A stretch of 64,000 bases of DNA from an uncultured Nitrososphaeria archaeon. Lineage in GTDB: Archaea; Thermoproteota; Nitrososphaeria_A; Caldarchaeales; Wolframiiraptoraceae. Below are positions 29,166-38,490 of the stretch, piece after piece. The position numbers were made by a program, and so were the translations under genes. Where the stretch lies: assembly GCA_964440495.1 (NCBI GenBank), contig CAYTSD010000001.1:3104-67103 (forward strand), written 5' to 3'. A model generated the notes under the pieces. That model saw nothing but the letters and a program-made list of their open reading frames with translations, searched no databases and was not told where the DNA came from. How positions within the stretch are numbered: position 1 is the first letter of the stretch; each line of letters opens with the position of its first letter.

Positions 29166-29591
29166 GTGCCGCGGTCGAGGAAGCGTAAGCCCTCTAAGAG
29201 GCGTGGGAAGGCTGAGACGCTGCTGGGGACCCTGACATCTGAGAGCTTCCAGAAAGCCGTGATAGTGGCGTTGGTCTTCGCTATACTTCTCCTGCTAAGC
29301 GGCGTCACCTATTCCTTTACTGCCAGAAACCCTGTCTCAATAGTCTTCCTCCCAGGCGGTGGCATAAGGGTCTTTCTCTGGAGCATGAGCGCCCAAACCC
29401 ATGCAGAGACAATGGTAATCCTACTCTATTACATGCTTGGAGCAGGTGGGCTGTGGCTATACGTGAATGCGGCTACAAAACCCTTCAATCCTAGAAGCAC
29501 GAAATACATGCTCTTCTTCAGCTTTCTCTTACTCCTCCTCTCAGGTCTCGGGCTCTACAACGCCTACGTAGCCAAATATATCTCACCCTAG
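29166..29591 (+). CDS. 3-TM protein resembling oligosaccharyltransferase subunit OSTC/DC2 (OST3/OST6 C-terminal family)
   Basis: LLSGVTY...P...F...QTHAE......GAGGL...LFFSFLL...K pattern parallels OSTC as recalled. Confidence 0.6.
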   Translation: MPRSRKRKPSKRRGKAETLLGTLTSESFQKAVIVALVFAILLLLSGVTYSFTARNPVSIVFLPGGGIRVFLWSMSAQTHAETMVILLYYMLGAGGLWLYVNAATKPFNPRSTKYMLFFSFLLLLLSGLGLYNAYVAKYISP

Positions 29592-30253
29592 TCGAGGCAT
29601 GGAGCAACCCCGCCGTCCACAATCTCAAACCTTATAGGCCCAACCTTCACAGGCTTCTCGACATATGCGTAGGAGCATCTTCTACTCATCGGCTTAGTAA
29701 TTTTTATGATTGTGTCCGACCAGTAGGTTAGGATTCTCTGGGCCACGAGCCTTGCCTCCCCTGTATCTGGCAGTGTGTGAACCTGACCCACCACGACCAC
29801 CGCTAGCCTGTTCCTTGAAGCCGCCTCCTTCAAAGCAGCAATCTGGAAGGCAAGCCTCTTATAGACTCTAACATCCTTCCTCGCATCCCCTGTAAGCTCG
29901 ATTCTATGTTGGTAGGTGAAGTCGTCGAAGATGATGAGTGGAAAGGAGGGGGGTTTATCGTGGAGACTTAGGATAATTTCCTCCTGCTGTAGAAAGTTTC
30001 CAATCACCGAGACGGAGACCCTTGAAGGGTCAGCCCCGTTTGCTTCAAGTACTTGGAGGAGACGCTGAGGATGAAGCCTTCCAGAGCAGTCAACATAGCC
30101 CGCCTGCCCAGCCTTTTTAGCAGCTAATGCGCAGACCTTCAAGGCCAGGCTCGTCTTCCCAGACTTCTCCTCCCCATAGATTAGGGTAACCTTCCCTCCC
30201 CGAATTCCTCCGCCGAGAGCCTCATCAAGCTCCGGGATCCCCGTCGAAAACAC
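29588..30253 (-). CDS. RecA-superfamily ATPase, RadB-like paralogue
   Basis: STGIPELDEALGGGI, YGEEKSGKT, short (221 aa) with no RadA N-domain. Confidence 0.8.
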   Translation of the reverse strand: MFSTGIPELDEALGGGIRGGKVTLIYGEEKSGKTSLALKVCALAAKKAGQAGYVDCSGRLHPQRLLQVLEANGADPSRVSVSVIGNFLQQEEIILSLHDKPPSFPLIIFDDFTYQHRIELTGDARKDVRVYKRLAFQIAALKEAASRNRLAVVVVGQVHTLPDTGEARLVAQRILTYWSDTIIKITKPMSRRCSYAYVEKPVKVGPIRFEIVDGGVAPCLD

Positions 30254-30438
30254 TTCACCTACATAGACCCTTCATGAGGATAATAATTATTCCTTTTCCA
30301 GCTCCTGTTTAGACGTAGAATATTCAGTAGAAGAAGCATCGTTATGCCATCATCTCCTATGGCAACCGCCGACCAGAGATATCACGGATGCGGGGAATAT
30401 ATCAGGTGAAGGCTGCCTTCATGTCTTTGTAAACTTCT

Positions 30439-31692
30439 TTAAGGCCATATTCCAAGCGTTGTTACTGCCTCAGCGACCCTTGAGACCGCGAGTAGTAATG
30501 CGCCCTTCCTCATGCTTACACCATACTTTTTAGACTCTTCGAGAACGTCGTTGAACGACTTAACCATTCTTCTATCAAGTCTATCCAAGACTTCTTCTCT
30601 AGTCCATCTAACCTTCTGAACATTCTGAACCCATTCAAGATAGCTTACAGTTACTCCGCCTGCATTGGCCAGAATATCTGGGACAACTTTAACTCCCTTT
30701 TGCTCCAGAATCTCATCGGCCTCGGGTGTTGTAGGCCCATTTGCTCCTTCAACAATTACCTTAGCCTTCACATCGTCGGCGTTTTTCTCGGTTATCTGCC
30801 TCTCGATAGCTGCTGGGATGAGGAAGTCGACGCTGAGCGCTAAAAGCTCTTGGTTGGTTATGTTTTGAGCTCCCTCGAATCCGACAACGCTTCCAGTCTT
30901 CTTCTTATGCTCCATAACCTTCTCTGGGATAAGCCCATCATTCGACAGTATCCCACCCTTCGAGTCACTTACGGCAACTATCTTCGCACCCCATTCATGG
31001 AGTATGCGGGCGGTATTGTATCCGACGTTTCCATAGCCTTGCACGGCGACAGTCGCATTCTTGAACGATATTCCATATCTCTTCGCTGCCTCTCTAACGC
31101 ATACAGCGACTCCGTATGCCGTTGCCTCCTCTCTACCTTCGCTTCCACCGAGATAGACAGGCTTGCCCGTGACAACCTCGGGGGTAGGCTGACCCCTAAT
31201 CTGGCTATAGGTATCCATTATCCAAGCCATCGTCTGAGGGTCTGTATAGATGTCTGGAGCAGGGATGTCGGCTACCGGGCCTATTACGTCGTAGATTGCC
31301 GCGGTATATCTCCGGGTGAGTCTCTCAAGCTCTGTCTTAGACATCTCCTTGGGATTGCATCTAACCCCGCCTTTCGCGCCTCCATAGGGAAGGTCGACGA
31401 CGGCGGATTTCCAAGTCATCAGGATTGCGAGGGCTGTAACCTCATCAAGGTTAACGTGAGGATGATATCTTATACCGCCCTTGTATGGGCCACGTGCATT
31501 ATTGTGTTGAACCCTATAGCCTACGAATACTTTCACCGAGCCGTCATCCATCTTCACTGGGACAGAGACTATTAAAGCCCGCTTAGGAGTCCTCAGAAAC
31601 TCTTTAACCCCCTCATCTATTCCAAGAGTATCCGCAACATCATCGAATTGTTTCAAAACAGAGTCCAGAAACTCACGGCCAGATAGCTCCAT
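30439..31692 (-). CDS. gdhA: Glutamate dehydrogenase
   Basis: GPYKGGIRYHP, MTWK, GGAKGG, DIPAPD, QGYGNVG, EGANGP, PDILANAGGVTVSYLEW. Confidence 0.97.
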   Translation of the reverse strand: MELSGREFLDSVLKQFDDVADTLGIDEGVKEFLRTPKRALIVSVPVKMDDGSVKVFVGYRVQHNNARGPYKGGIRYHPHVNLDEVTALAILMTWKSAVVDLPYGGAKGGVRCNPKEMSKTELERLTRRYTAAIYDVIGPVADIPAPDIYTDPQTMAWIMDTYSQIRGQPTPEVVTGKPVYLGGSEGREEATAYGVAVCVREAAKRYGISFKNATVAVQGYGNVGYNTARILHEWGAKIVAVSDSKGGILSNDGLIPEKVMEHKKKTGSVVGFEGAQNITNQELLALSVDFLIPAAIERQITEKNADDVKAKVIVEGANGPTTPEADEILEQKGVKVVPDILANAGGVTVSYLEWVQNVQKVRWTREEVLDRLDRRMVKSFNDVLEESKKYGVSMRKGALLLAVSRVAEAVTTLGIWP

Positions 31693-31853
31693 AAAATCTC
31701 ACATAAACATTTTTTTCTAAAGCGGTATTTATGTTTGCAAATTTGAACCCTTGGCCAAAGTCTTGGGCTTCCAGCCTCAGATCGGGTGCATGATGCTATT
31801 GAGAGGAGTCTTTCATAGGTTAAAGATTTATTATGGTTAAGAGAATTCATAGT

Positions 31854-32456
31854 ATGGAAATCTTTGAGGTTGGGGGTCACCGTTATCTTAAGGTTTCATG
31901 GGGTAGGCTAGAGGAGCTCGTCGAGATGCTTGCTGAGAAGGTGTCGAAGGGTGATCGACCAGACCTTCTTATCGGGATACTGAGAGGTGGAATGACCGTT
32001 GCCCATCTCCTCTCAGACATTCTAGGGTATGATGAGATTTACCCTATTGGGTGTTCGAGCTATGTTGATGTTAGGGAGAAGAGGGAGCTACGTGTCTATA
32101 GTCCGCTGGTGCTGAGAGACTTAAGCGGGAAACGCGTCCTCGTGGTGGATGATGTCGCCGACAGCGGTGGAACACTGAGAGAGATAGTTAGACGCGAGGT
32201 TATGCCTAAGAATCCCCTGGAGGTGAAGACCGCAACCCTCCACATAAAGCCTTGGAGCACATTCAAGCCAGACTACTATGTCGAGGTCACCGACGCATGG
32301 ATAGTATATCCATGGGAGAAGCATGAGATTATGCGGCAGCTTGGCCCCACATTCATCGAGCATCTAGGGGTTGAGAGAGGGGTTGAGGAGCTCGCGGAGC
32401 TCGTTGGAAAAGAGGCTAAGAAAGTTAGGAAAGTCGTATTGACAGCCAGAGAATAG
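31854..32456 (+). CDS. Type I phosphoribosyltransferase (purine PRTase-like)
   Basis: GILRGG, PRPP motif VLVVDDVADSGGT, WIVYPWE. Start probably ATG 31854, about 25 nt after a TTTATTA box. Confidence 0.88.
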   Translation: MEIFEVGGHRYLKVSWGRLEELVEMLAEKVSKGDRPDLLIGILRGGMTVAHLLSDILGYDEIYPIGCSSYVDVREKRELRVYSPLVLRDLSGKRVLVVDDVADSGGTLREIVRREVMPKNPLEVKTATLHIKPWSTFKPDYYVEVTDAWIVYPWEKHEIMRQLGPTFIEHLGVERGVEELAELVGKEAKKVRKVVLTARE

Positions 32457-32495
32457 AGTTATATTACCAGCTTTCTCAAACTCTGGTAAAGAGTC

Positions 32496-33812
32496 ATGAA
32501 GGTCTACGCGGAGGTCTATGGATGCGCAGCCAACATGGCTGACGGAGAGATAGCCATAGGACTGCTCAAAAGAAGTGGTCACACAATAGTTAAAGACCCT
32601 GAGGAGGCGGATGCAATACTTCTAGTAACATGCACCGTTAAGAAGCCTACAAGCGATAGAATGCTTCACAGAATCCGTGTCCTGAGAAGGCTTGGTAAGA
32701 GGCTTATCGTGGCTGGATGCATGGCCTCGGGAGAGCCTGACAAAGTAAGGGAAGCGGCGCCGGAGGCGGTGCTACTACATCCCAGAGCAATAACCCATGT
32801 AACCGAGGCTCTGGAAGGCCGCAGCATAATCTCCGAGGAGCCCGTCGTCAAGCTAGGCCTCCCGAGAGTTAGGAGAAATCCCATAGTCTCGATAATCCCG
32901 GTCTCAGAGGGATGTAGGTGGAGGAGATGCAGCTTCTGCATAGTGGCTAGAACACGTGGAAGCTTCACAAGCTACCCGCTTCAACTAATCCTGGAAGAAG
33001 CAAAACAGGCGCTGAAAGAGAATGTTAGGGAGATATGGCTCACAAGCCAAGACATGGGAAGCTATGGAATAGAGTCGGGGAGAAGCCTCCTACCCAGCCT
33101 CATAGAATCCGTCGCATCACTTAAAGGAGTATTCATGGTAAGAGTAGGGATGATGAACCCAATATATCTCAAACCAATATTGCGAGATCTCGCCCAATCA
33201 TATCTAAACCCAAAGGTCTTCAAATTCCTCCACCTCCCAGTTCAATCAGGTTCAGAGAAAGTTTTGAGAGATATGCGGAGAGGACACACGGTTAAGCTCT
33301 TCAAAGAAATAGTAAATTATATGCGCTCCAAGGTTCCAGGCCTAACGCTTTCAACAGATTTAATCGTAGGATACCCGACGGAAGATGAAGACGACTTCGA
33401 GGAAACCCTGAAACTTGTCGAAGAAATAAAGCCTGAAGCTGTCAATATATCGAAGTTCTATGCGAGGCCTGGTACTCCAGCCGAGAAGCTCAAGCCCCTA
33501 GATACCAAGTTAATAAAGAATAGAAGCCGCATACTCACAGAGCTGACTAGGAGGGTTGCCCTAGAGGCGAATGAGAGATGGATAGGCTGGAGTGGAATAG
33601 CTTTAGTCGATGAGGTAGGTGGAAAAGGGGAGGCCATAGCGAGAAACCAGAGCTATAAACCCATAATCCTAAATGAAGACGGGGGAAAACTTCTTGGAAG
33701 ATTCGTTGAAGTGGAGATTCTAGATGCTCACCCCTACTGCCTAATAGGGAGGTTGAAGAAAGTAGTTGAAGAACCGTTGACAATAGAGGCTCGGAGCCAG
33801 CTCCTCCTCTAA
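32496..33812 (+). CDS. tRNA methylthiotransferase (archaeal MtaB/CDKAL1-type; UPF0004 + radical SAM + TRAM)
   Basis: YGCAAN, TCTV, VAGCM, radical-SAM CRWRRCSFC, RVGMMNP, FLHLPVQSGS, C-terminal TRAM. Confidence 0.9.
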   Translation: MKVYAEVYGCAANMADGEIAIGLLKRSGHTIVKDPEEADAILLVTCTVKKPTSDRMLHRIRVLRRLGKRLIVAGCMASGEPDKVREAAPEAVLLHPRAITHVTEALEGRSIISEEPVVKLGLPRVRRNPIVSIIPVSEGCRWRRCSFCIVARTRGSFTSYPLQLILEEAKQALKENVREIWLTSQDMGSYGIESGRSLLPSLIESVASLKGVFMVRVGMMNPIYLKPILRDLAQSYLNPKVFKFLHLPVQSGSEKVLRDMRRGHTVKLFKEIVNYMRSKVPGLTLSTDLIVGYPTEDEDDFEETLKLVEEIKPEAVNISKFYARPGTPAEKLKPLDTKLIKNRSRILTELTRRVALEANERWIGWSGIALVDEVGGKGEAIARNQSYKPIILNEDGGKLLGRFVEVEILDAHPYCLIGRLKKVVEEPLTIEARSQLLL

Positions 33813-33890
33813 CTCAAAAATTTAAATATAAAGTTCCCCCCATCTCTAATCCGGCCTCCGCAAAATCTCAAGTATGAGAGATGAGAGGGG

Positions 33891-34733
33891 ATGGTGAAGT
33901 ATCTGGATAGAATCTATGAGGAGGCAAGTAAAGAATTCGGCAAGCCCTATTACAGAAATTTACCCTTCATCGAGGCGTTGGCGATAATGATAATCGTCGG
34001 TAGAGGGATGGCGGAGAGTATAGAGATATTCCCATACTCGGTGAACAGGCTCCTAGTGTCTATGGCTAATCGGTGGGCTTACTCAACCGCTCCACTCATC
34101 GACGAGATTTACAGGCGTCTAGGATACATATTCTCCCCCGACGTCGCCTTAATGCATAAACTTCCCTCAGAAAACCCTCTCTACCCCCTTCCCGTCTGGA
34201 TGATCTCTCTATGGAGCTTCACAATATGCTACACCCTCACATACTGGCTACTCTTTACCTCGGTAACGTATCTTCTTGGAAGATTGATTGGAGGTAGAGG
34301 GTCTTTCATAAGACTGCTAACCTGGCTCGGGATCTCTCATATCGGTATGATTAACTGGTGGTTCTATGCGGGATGCGAGATGCTATACGAACTAGTAGAG
34401 CAGGAGATTTACCTCAACCCCATCCCACCCTACACACCCATAAAGACCAGAATTCCCACCCCTTGGGGAGCTCTCCCCACATTTCTCCCAGTCGAAGGAT
34501 TCTGGGCTGGATACGGAATGGCCGTGGCATCCATGATCCTAACACTTGGACTAATCTACGGATTTACAAAAAGAGAACTAAAACTAACCCCATCTAAAAC
34601 AATACTCACAATAATCCCATGGATACTCTTCCTATCCATAGTAGTCCTAGCTGGAAGCATGAACATAGACGAGATCACAGCCGCATTAGATAGATATGTT
34701 AGAATCGGGAAAGCTTGGAGATGGTTCCCATGA
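33891..34733 (+). CDS. Hypothetical membrane protein, Yip1-like
   Basis: About 5 TMs; LGRLIGGRGSFIRLL motif typical of prokaryotic Yip1 domains. Confidence 0.55.
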   Translation: MVKYLDRIYEEASKEFGKPYYRNLPFIEALAIMIIVGRGMAESIEIFPYSVNRLLVSMANRWAYSTAPLIDEIYRRLGYIFSPDVALMHKLPSENPLYPLPVWMISLWSFTICYTLTYWLLFTSVTYLLGRLIGGRGSFIRLLTWLGISHIGMINWWFYAGCEMLYELVEQEIYLNPIPPYTPIKTRIPTPWGALPTFLPVEGFWAGYGMAVASMILTLGLIYGFTKRELKLTPSKTILTIIPWILFLSIVVLAGSMNIDEITAALDRYVRIGKAWRWFP

Positions 34734-35434
34734 CTCAGAAAACTTTTCTCGAAACACCTAGGAAGCTTATGAGAGAGATTCCATGGGATCCCATCAGGAA
34801 GGTTTCCCTCTTCCTTTCTCTTTTAATATTTGTCGGCACAATCTCCTACACCGAGCTGCTTAGAGACCCTACTATTGAGTGGGGTTGGTGGTGGCTTTGG
34901 TTCGGTTTTTTCCTCACTCTACTTCCAATACTCATGGGGAGGGTTGCCTGCGGATGGTTCTGCCCCTACGCCGCGTTACACGACATATTCTTCACCAAGC
35001 TAAAGCATCCGAGGCTACAGTGGCCCAGTAAACTCAGGAACATACGCTTTCCACTGCTTTTCGCTCTACTCGGCGTGATAGCAACGGTTGAAATCTTCTG
35101 GGAATGGGACTTCTTCATATGGTATTGCCGGGTCTTCCTAGTCCTAGCAATTATCTGGGGCTTACTGTTCCCGCCGAGAGACTGGTGTAAGTATCTCTGC
35201 CCTCTCGGAGCATACGCCCAGCTATATGCGAGGGTCAGGGTTCTCGGAGTAAAGGTTGATCCTGAAAGCTGTAGGAAGTGTGGGCGATGCATATGCGGTG
35301 AGAAGTGCTTGATAGATGTTGACTGGGACAATGTTGTAAATAACACGGGGATAACTCCAGACTACTGCATCGTATGTCTCAACTGCGTGAACTCATGTCC
35401 ATTTGGAGCGGTCTATGCTTGGAGGGTTCATTAG
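34730..35434 (+). CDS. Membrane polyferredoxin (NapH/MauN-like 4Fe-4S binding protein)
   Basis: GRVACGWFCP, WCKYLCPLG, CRKCGRCICGEKC, CIVCLNCVNSCP; ATGA overlap start at 34730. Confidence 0.85.
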   Translation: MTQKTFLETPRKLMREIPWDPIRKVSLFLSLLIFVGTISYTELLRDPTIEWGWWWLWFGFFLTLLPILMGRVACGWFCPYAALHDIFFTKLKHPRLQWPSKLRNIRFPLLFALLGVIATVEIFWEWDFFIWYCRVFLVLAIIWGLLFPPRDWCKYLCPLGAYAQLYARVRVLGVKVDPESCRKCGRCICGEKCLIDVDWDNVVNNTGITPDYCIVCLNCVNSCPFGAVYAWRVH

Positions 35435-35480
35435 CAAGGTTTTTAACAATGCTTTCCTCAATAATGTTCAGGGAATAATT

Positions 35481-36635
35481 TTGCGCTATGACGTTATCGT
35501 AGCTCACTATGGAGAGGTTACTCTAAAACGTGGGAAGAGAGCAGCGTTCGAGAGGCTTCTAGCAAGAAATCTAGCGGATGTAACAGGTAAGAGAGTTGAG
35601 AGAATTCAGGGCAGACTAATAGTCCTGCTAGATGATTCTCAGGAGCTGGATAGTCTATTGGAGAAGGTTCGGAGGGTGTTCGGGATAGTCTGGTATGCTC
35701 CAGCAATACATGTTAGAGGAGATTACAGCGAGCTGGAGAAACGTGTCGTCGAAGCGCTTAGGGAGATTATGCCTGGAAGCTTTAAGATCGAGGCGAGGAG
35801 AAGCGATAAATCCTTCCCATTAACCTCGATAGAGCTTTCCAGAAGGCTTGGGAAACGGGTTGTGTCGGAGCTCGGGCTCCATGTGGATTTGAAGAACCCT
35901 GAGCGGGTGGTCTTCGTGGAGGTAACTGAGGGGGGCTTCTACGTCTCATTTGAGAAGCTTAGGGGGCTCGGCGGGCTTCCAGTCGGAGCTTCAGGCAGGG
36001 TTTTAGCCCTCCTCTCAGGGGGGATAGACTCTCCTGTCGCCGCCTGGCTTATGATGAAGCGCGGATGCCTCGTAGACCTACTCCACTTCTACGCGCTTCC
36101 ACCCTCAGATGTGAAGGCCTCGAAGATTCCTGAGATAGCGCGGCTTCTCTCGGAGTATGGCATGAGGATTAGGCTCCATCTAGCTCCCTTCGAGAGCTTC
36201 CGCCTAAGAGGAGTTGAGATGCCTCTCCGGATGAGGCTCGTAATGTTTAGAGCATACATGCTCAAGGTCGCCGAACACTTAGCCGAGAGAGAAAACTATC
36301 TAGGAATAGTTACAGGCGATAGCCTGGGTCAGGTTGCCTCACAGACACTTGAGAACCTTAGAGCCATTTCAGCCCTCATCAAAATCCCTGTCTACAGGCC
36401 TCTACTAGGCTTCGACAAACAGGAGATAACAGACCTCGCAAAACGTATAGGAACCTACGACCTATCCATTAAGGAGTATATCGACTGCTGCGCAATAGTT
36501 GCCAGGCATCCTGAGACCCGTGCTAGACCTGAAAAAGTTGAGGAATTTTGGAGAAGGTTTGGAATGGATGAGGCGGTTGAAGAAACGTTAAACGGGATTG
36601 AAACGCTTGAATTCAAACTCGGTGAAGAGGTCTAG
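35481..36635 (+). CDS. thiI: tRNA 4-thiouridine synthase ThiI (THUMP + PP-loop, no rhodanese)
   Basis: HYGEVTLKRG, GGLPVG, LLSGGIDSPVA, GDSLGQVASQTLEN, DCC. Start probably TTG 35481. Confidence 0.92.
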   Translation: MRYDVIVAHYGEVTLKRGKRAAFERLLARNLADVTGKRVERIQGRLIVLLDDSQELDSLLEKVRRVFGIVWYAPAIHVRGDYSELEKRVVEALREIMPGSFKIEARRSDKSFPLTSIELSRRLGKRVVSELGLHVDLKNPERVVFVEVTEGGFYVSFEKLRGLGGLPVGASGRVLALLSGGIDSPVAAWLMMKRGCLVDLLHFYALPPSDVKASKIPEIARLLSEYGMRIRLHLAPFESFRLRGVEMPLRMRLVMFRAYMLKVAEHLAERENYLGIVTGDSLGQVASQTLENLRAISALIKIPVYRPLLGFDKQEITDLAKRIGTYDLSIKEYIDCCAIVARHPETRARPEKVEEFWRRFGMDEAVEETLNGIETLEFKLGEEV

Positions 36636-37801
36636 GGTTCACCTCTAAATGCTTTCGTAACAATCTCCTCAACATCTTCACGTGTCAAAGGCTTCGGGAT
36701 CTTCTCTAGAAGCCTGCGATACTTGAACCCCTCCTCAATAATCTTATCAAACTCCTCTTCAGGCACCCCAGCATCTATTAGACTCATAGGTAGGTTCGAC
36801 GCCTCCTTAAACTCCTTCAATCTTTCAAGCAGTATTCCAGCCGCCTCGTCACCGTCTCTAACCCTCTTCTTCTCAACCGCTTCAACAAGCCTTATCGTCT
36901 TCTCGGGCATAAGCTTACATGATTTCTCCAATACCTGGGCTAGGAACAATGCGTTGGCGAGTCCATGGGGTATGCCGTATCTCTCTGTGAGGTAGTGCCC
37001 CAATGCGTGGGCTGCGGTTGTCCCTGGAATGTTTATGGCTAAGCCTGCGAGCATGCTTCCATAGAGGAGCCTCTCCCTCGAATCAATGTCTCCTTCATAT
37101 CCCCTAACAAAGTTCTGGAAGATTATCTTCAAGGCTTCCACCGCGAAGATGTCTGAGAACTCTGTTGAATACTTGTTGAAGTAGGCTTCAACTGCGTGGG
37201 ATACTGCGTCCATAACTGTGTGGGCTATGAGTTCCTTTGGAGCGAACTTGAGGGTCTCGGCGTCGAGTATTGAGAGAACAGGCGTTATAGGCTCTCCTAG
37301 AATAGTTCTCTTCTCAAGCCCCTTGGATATAACCGAATACTTCGTCACCTCACTTCCCGTTCCACATGTCGTCGGGATAGCTACTATTGGTAGGACGGGA
37401 GGCTTAACAGGCTCATGTGTAAGGTCGAAGAAATAGTCCTCAGCCCTACCTCCATGAGATGCGATAACGGAGATTGCCTTCGCAGCGTCCATAGCGCTTC
37501 CGCCGCCGAACCCCACGATGAAATCAACCTCAGCCTCTCTAGCTACTCTCGCCCCCCTCTCAACTGTCTCAGCCGATGGATTAGGTTCAACACCCTCGAA
37601 GACCTCTACACCGAACCCCCTCGACTCCAAGCTCTCCCTAATCTTATCCAAGTATCCTGAAGTCCTGGCGAATCTCCTACCAGTGACAAGCAGGGCCTTA
37701 CCCTTCAACCCTATCTCCGCAGCAGCTTCACCAACTCTCTCGACAGAGCCTCTTCCAAAGATAACCCTCCTAGTAAATATCATGTCAAATTCTAACGCCA
37801 T
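36632..37801 (-). CDS. Iron-containing alcohol dehydrogenase
   Basis: GGGSAMDAAK, IPTTCGTGSEVT, DAVSHAVE, HALGH, PHG. Confidence 0.92.
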   Translation of the reverse strand: MALEFDMIFTRRVIFGRGSVERVGEAAAEIGLKGKALLVTGRRFARTSGYLDKIRESLESRGFGVEVFEGVEPNPSAETVERGARVAREAEVDFIVGFGGGSAMDAAKAISVIASHGGRAEDYFFDLTHEPVKPPVLPIVAIPTTCGTGSEVTKYSVISKGLEKRTILGEPITPVLSILDAETLKFAPKELIAHTVMDAVSHAVEAYFNKYSTEFSDIFAVEALKIIFQNFVRGYEGDIDSRERLLYGSMLAGLAINIPGTTAAHALGHYLTERYGIPHGLANALFLAQVLEKSCKLMPEKTIRLVEAVEKKRVRDGDEAAGILLERLKEFKEASNLPMSLIDAGVPEEEFDKIIEEGFKYRRLLEKIPKPLTREDVEEIVTKAFRGEP

Positions 37802-37869
37802 ACCCGGTGTCTCATCCAGGTCTCCAGTTTTTAAACTTAAAAATGGATTCTCTCACGGTAGGGGCGTCT

Positions 37870-38490
37870 ATGCGGGTGGCTCTCGTAGGAGGGACAGGCG
37901 GCCTCGGGCCAGGTTTAGCTGCTCGATGGCTTCTCTCAGATATTGAGGTGATTATTGGGTCGAGGGTGAGGGAACGTGCTCAAGAAACCGCTTCGAAGAT
38001 TTCACGTCTAGTTGATAGAGATGTTGAGGGGATGCTTAACCAAGAGGCTGTTGAAGAGGCTGAGATAATCGTTCTCACAATACCCTTCAAAGGCGTTGAA
38101 CCCACCTTGAAGAGTCTCTCAAACCATCTCAAAGGAAAGACGATAATCTCTCCAATAGTCTCACCCAGCCCTGCTCCAGGAACCTCCGCTGGAGAGCTTG
38201 TTAGAAGACTTTCTCCAGACTCTGCCAAGGTTGCGTCAGCTTTCCAGAACGTTGGGGCACATGCTCTAGCCGAGTTGGAGAAGCCTATCGACTGCGACGT
38301 AGTTGTCTGCGGAGACCCTGAGGCGAGGGAGACTGCCGCCAAGCTCGTCGAGAAGATTCCAAACCTAAGAGCGTTAGATGGAGGCGGGATAGAGAACTCA
38401 TGGATAATAGAGGCACTCACCCACCTACTAATCCGACTAAACAAACGCTATAGAAGACGCTCCATAGGGGTGAGATTCACTGGACTCTAG
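37870..38490 (+). CDS. npdG: F420H2:NADP+ oxidoreductase (Fno/NpdG family)
   Basis: MRVALVGGTGGLG, IGSR, SAGE, SAFQNV, DVVVCGD, IEALT.LLI.LN. Start ATG 37870. Confidence 0.85.
   Translation: MRVALVGGTGGLGPGLAARWLLSDIEVIIGSRVRERAQETASKISRLVDRDVEGMLNQEAVEEAEIIVLTIPFKGVEPTLKSLSNHLKGKTIISPIVSPSPAPGTSAGELVRRLSPDSAKVASAFQNVGAHALAELEKPIDCDVVVCGDPEARETAAKLVEKIPNLRALDGGGIENSWIIEALTHLLIRLNKRYRRRSIGVRFTGL

Noticed and set aside
30850..31575. 241-aa ORF antisense to gdhA
   Set aside because: Shadow frame of a conserved gene with no protein motifs; long antisense ORFs are common opposite GDH genes
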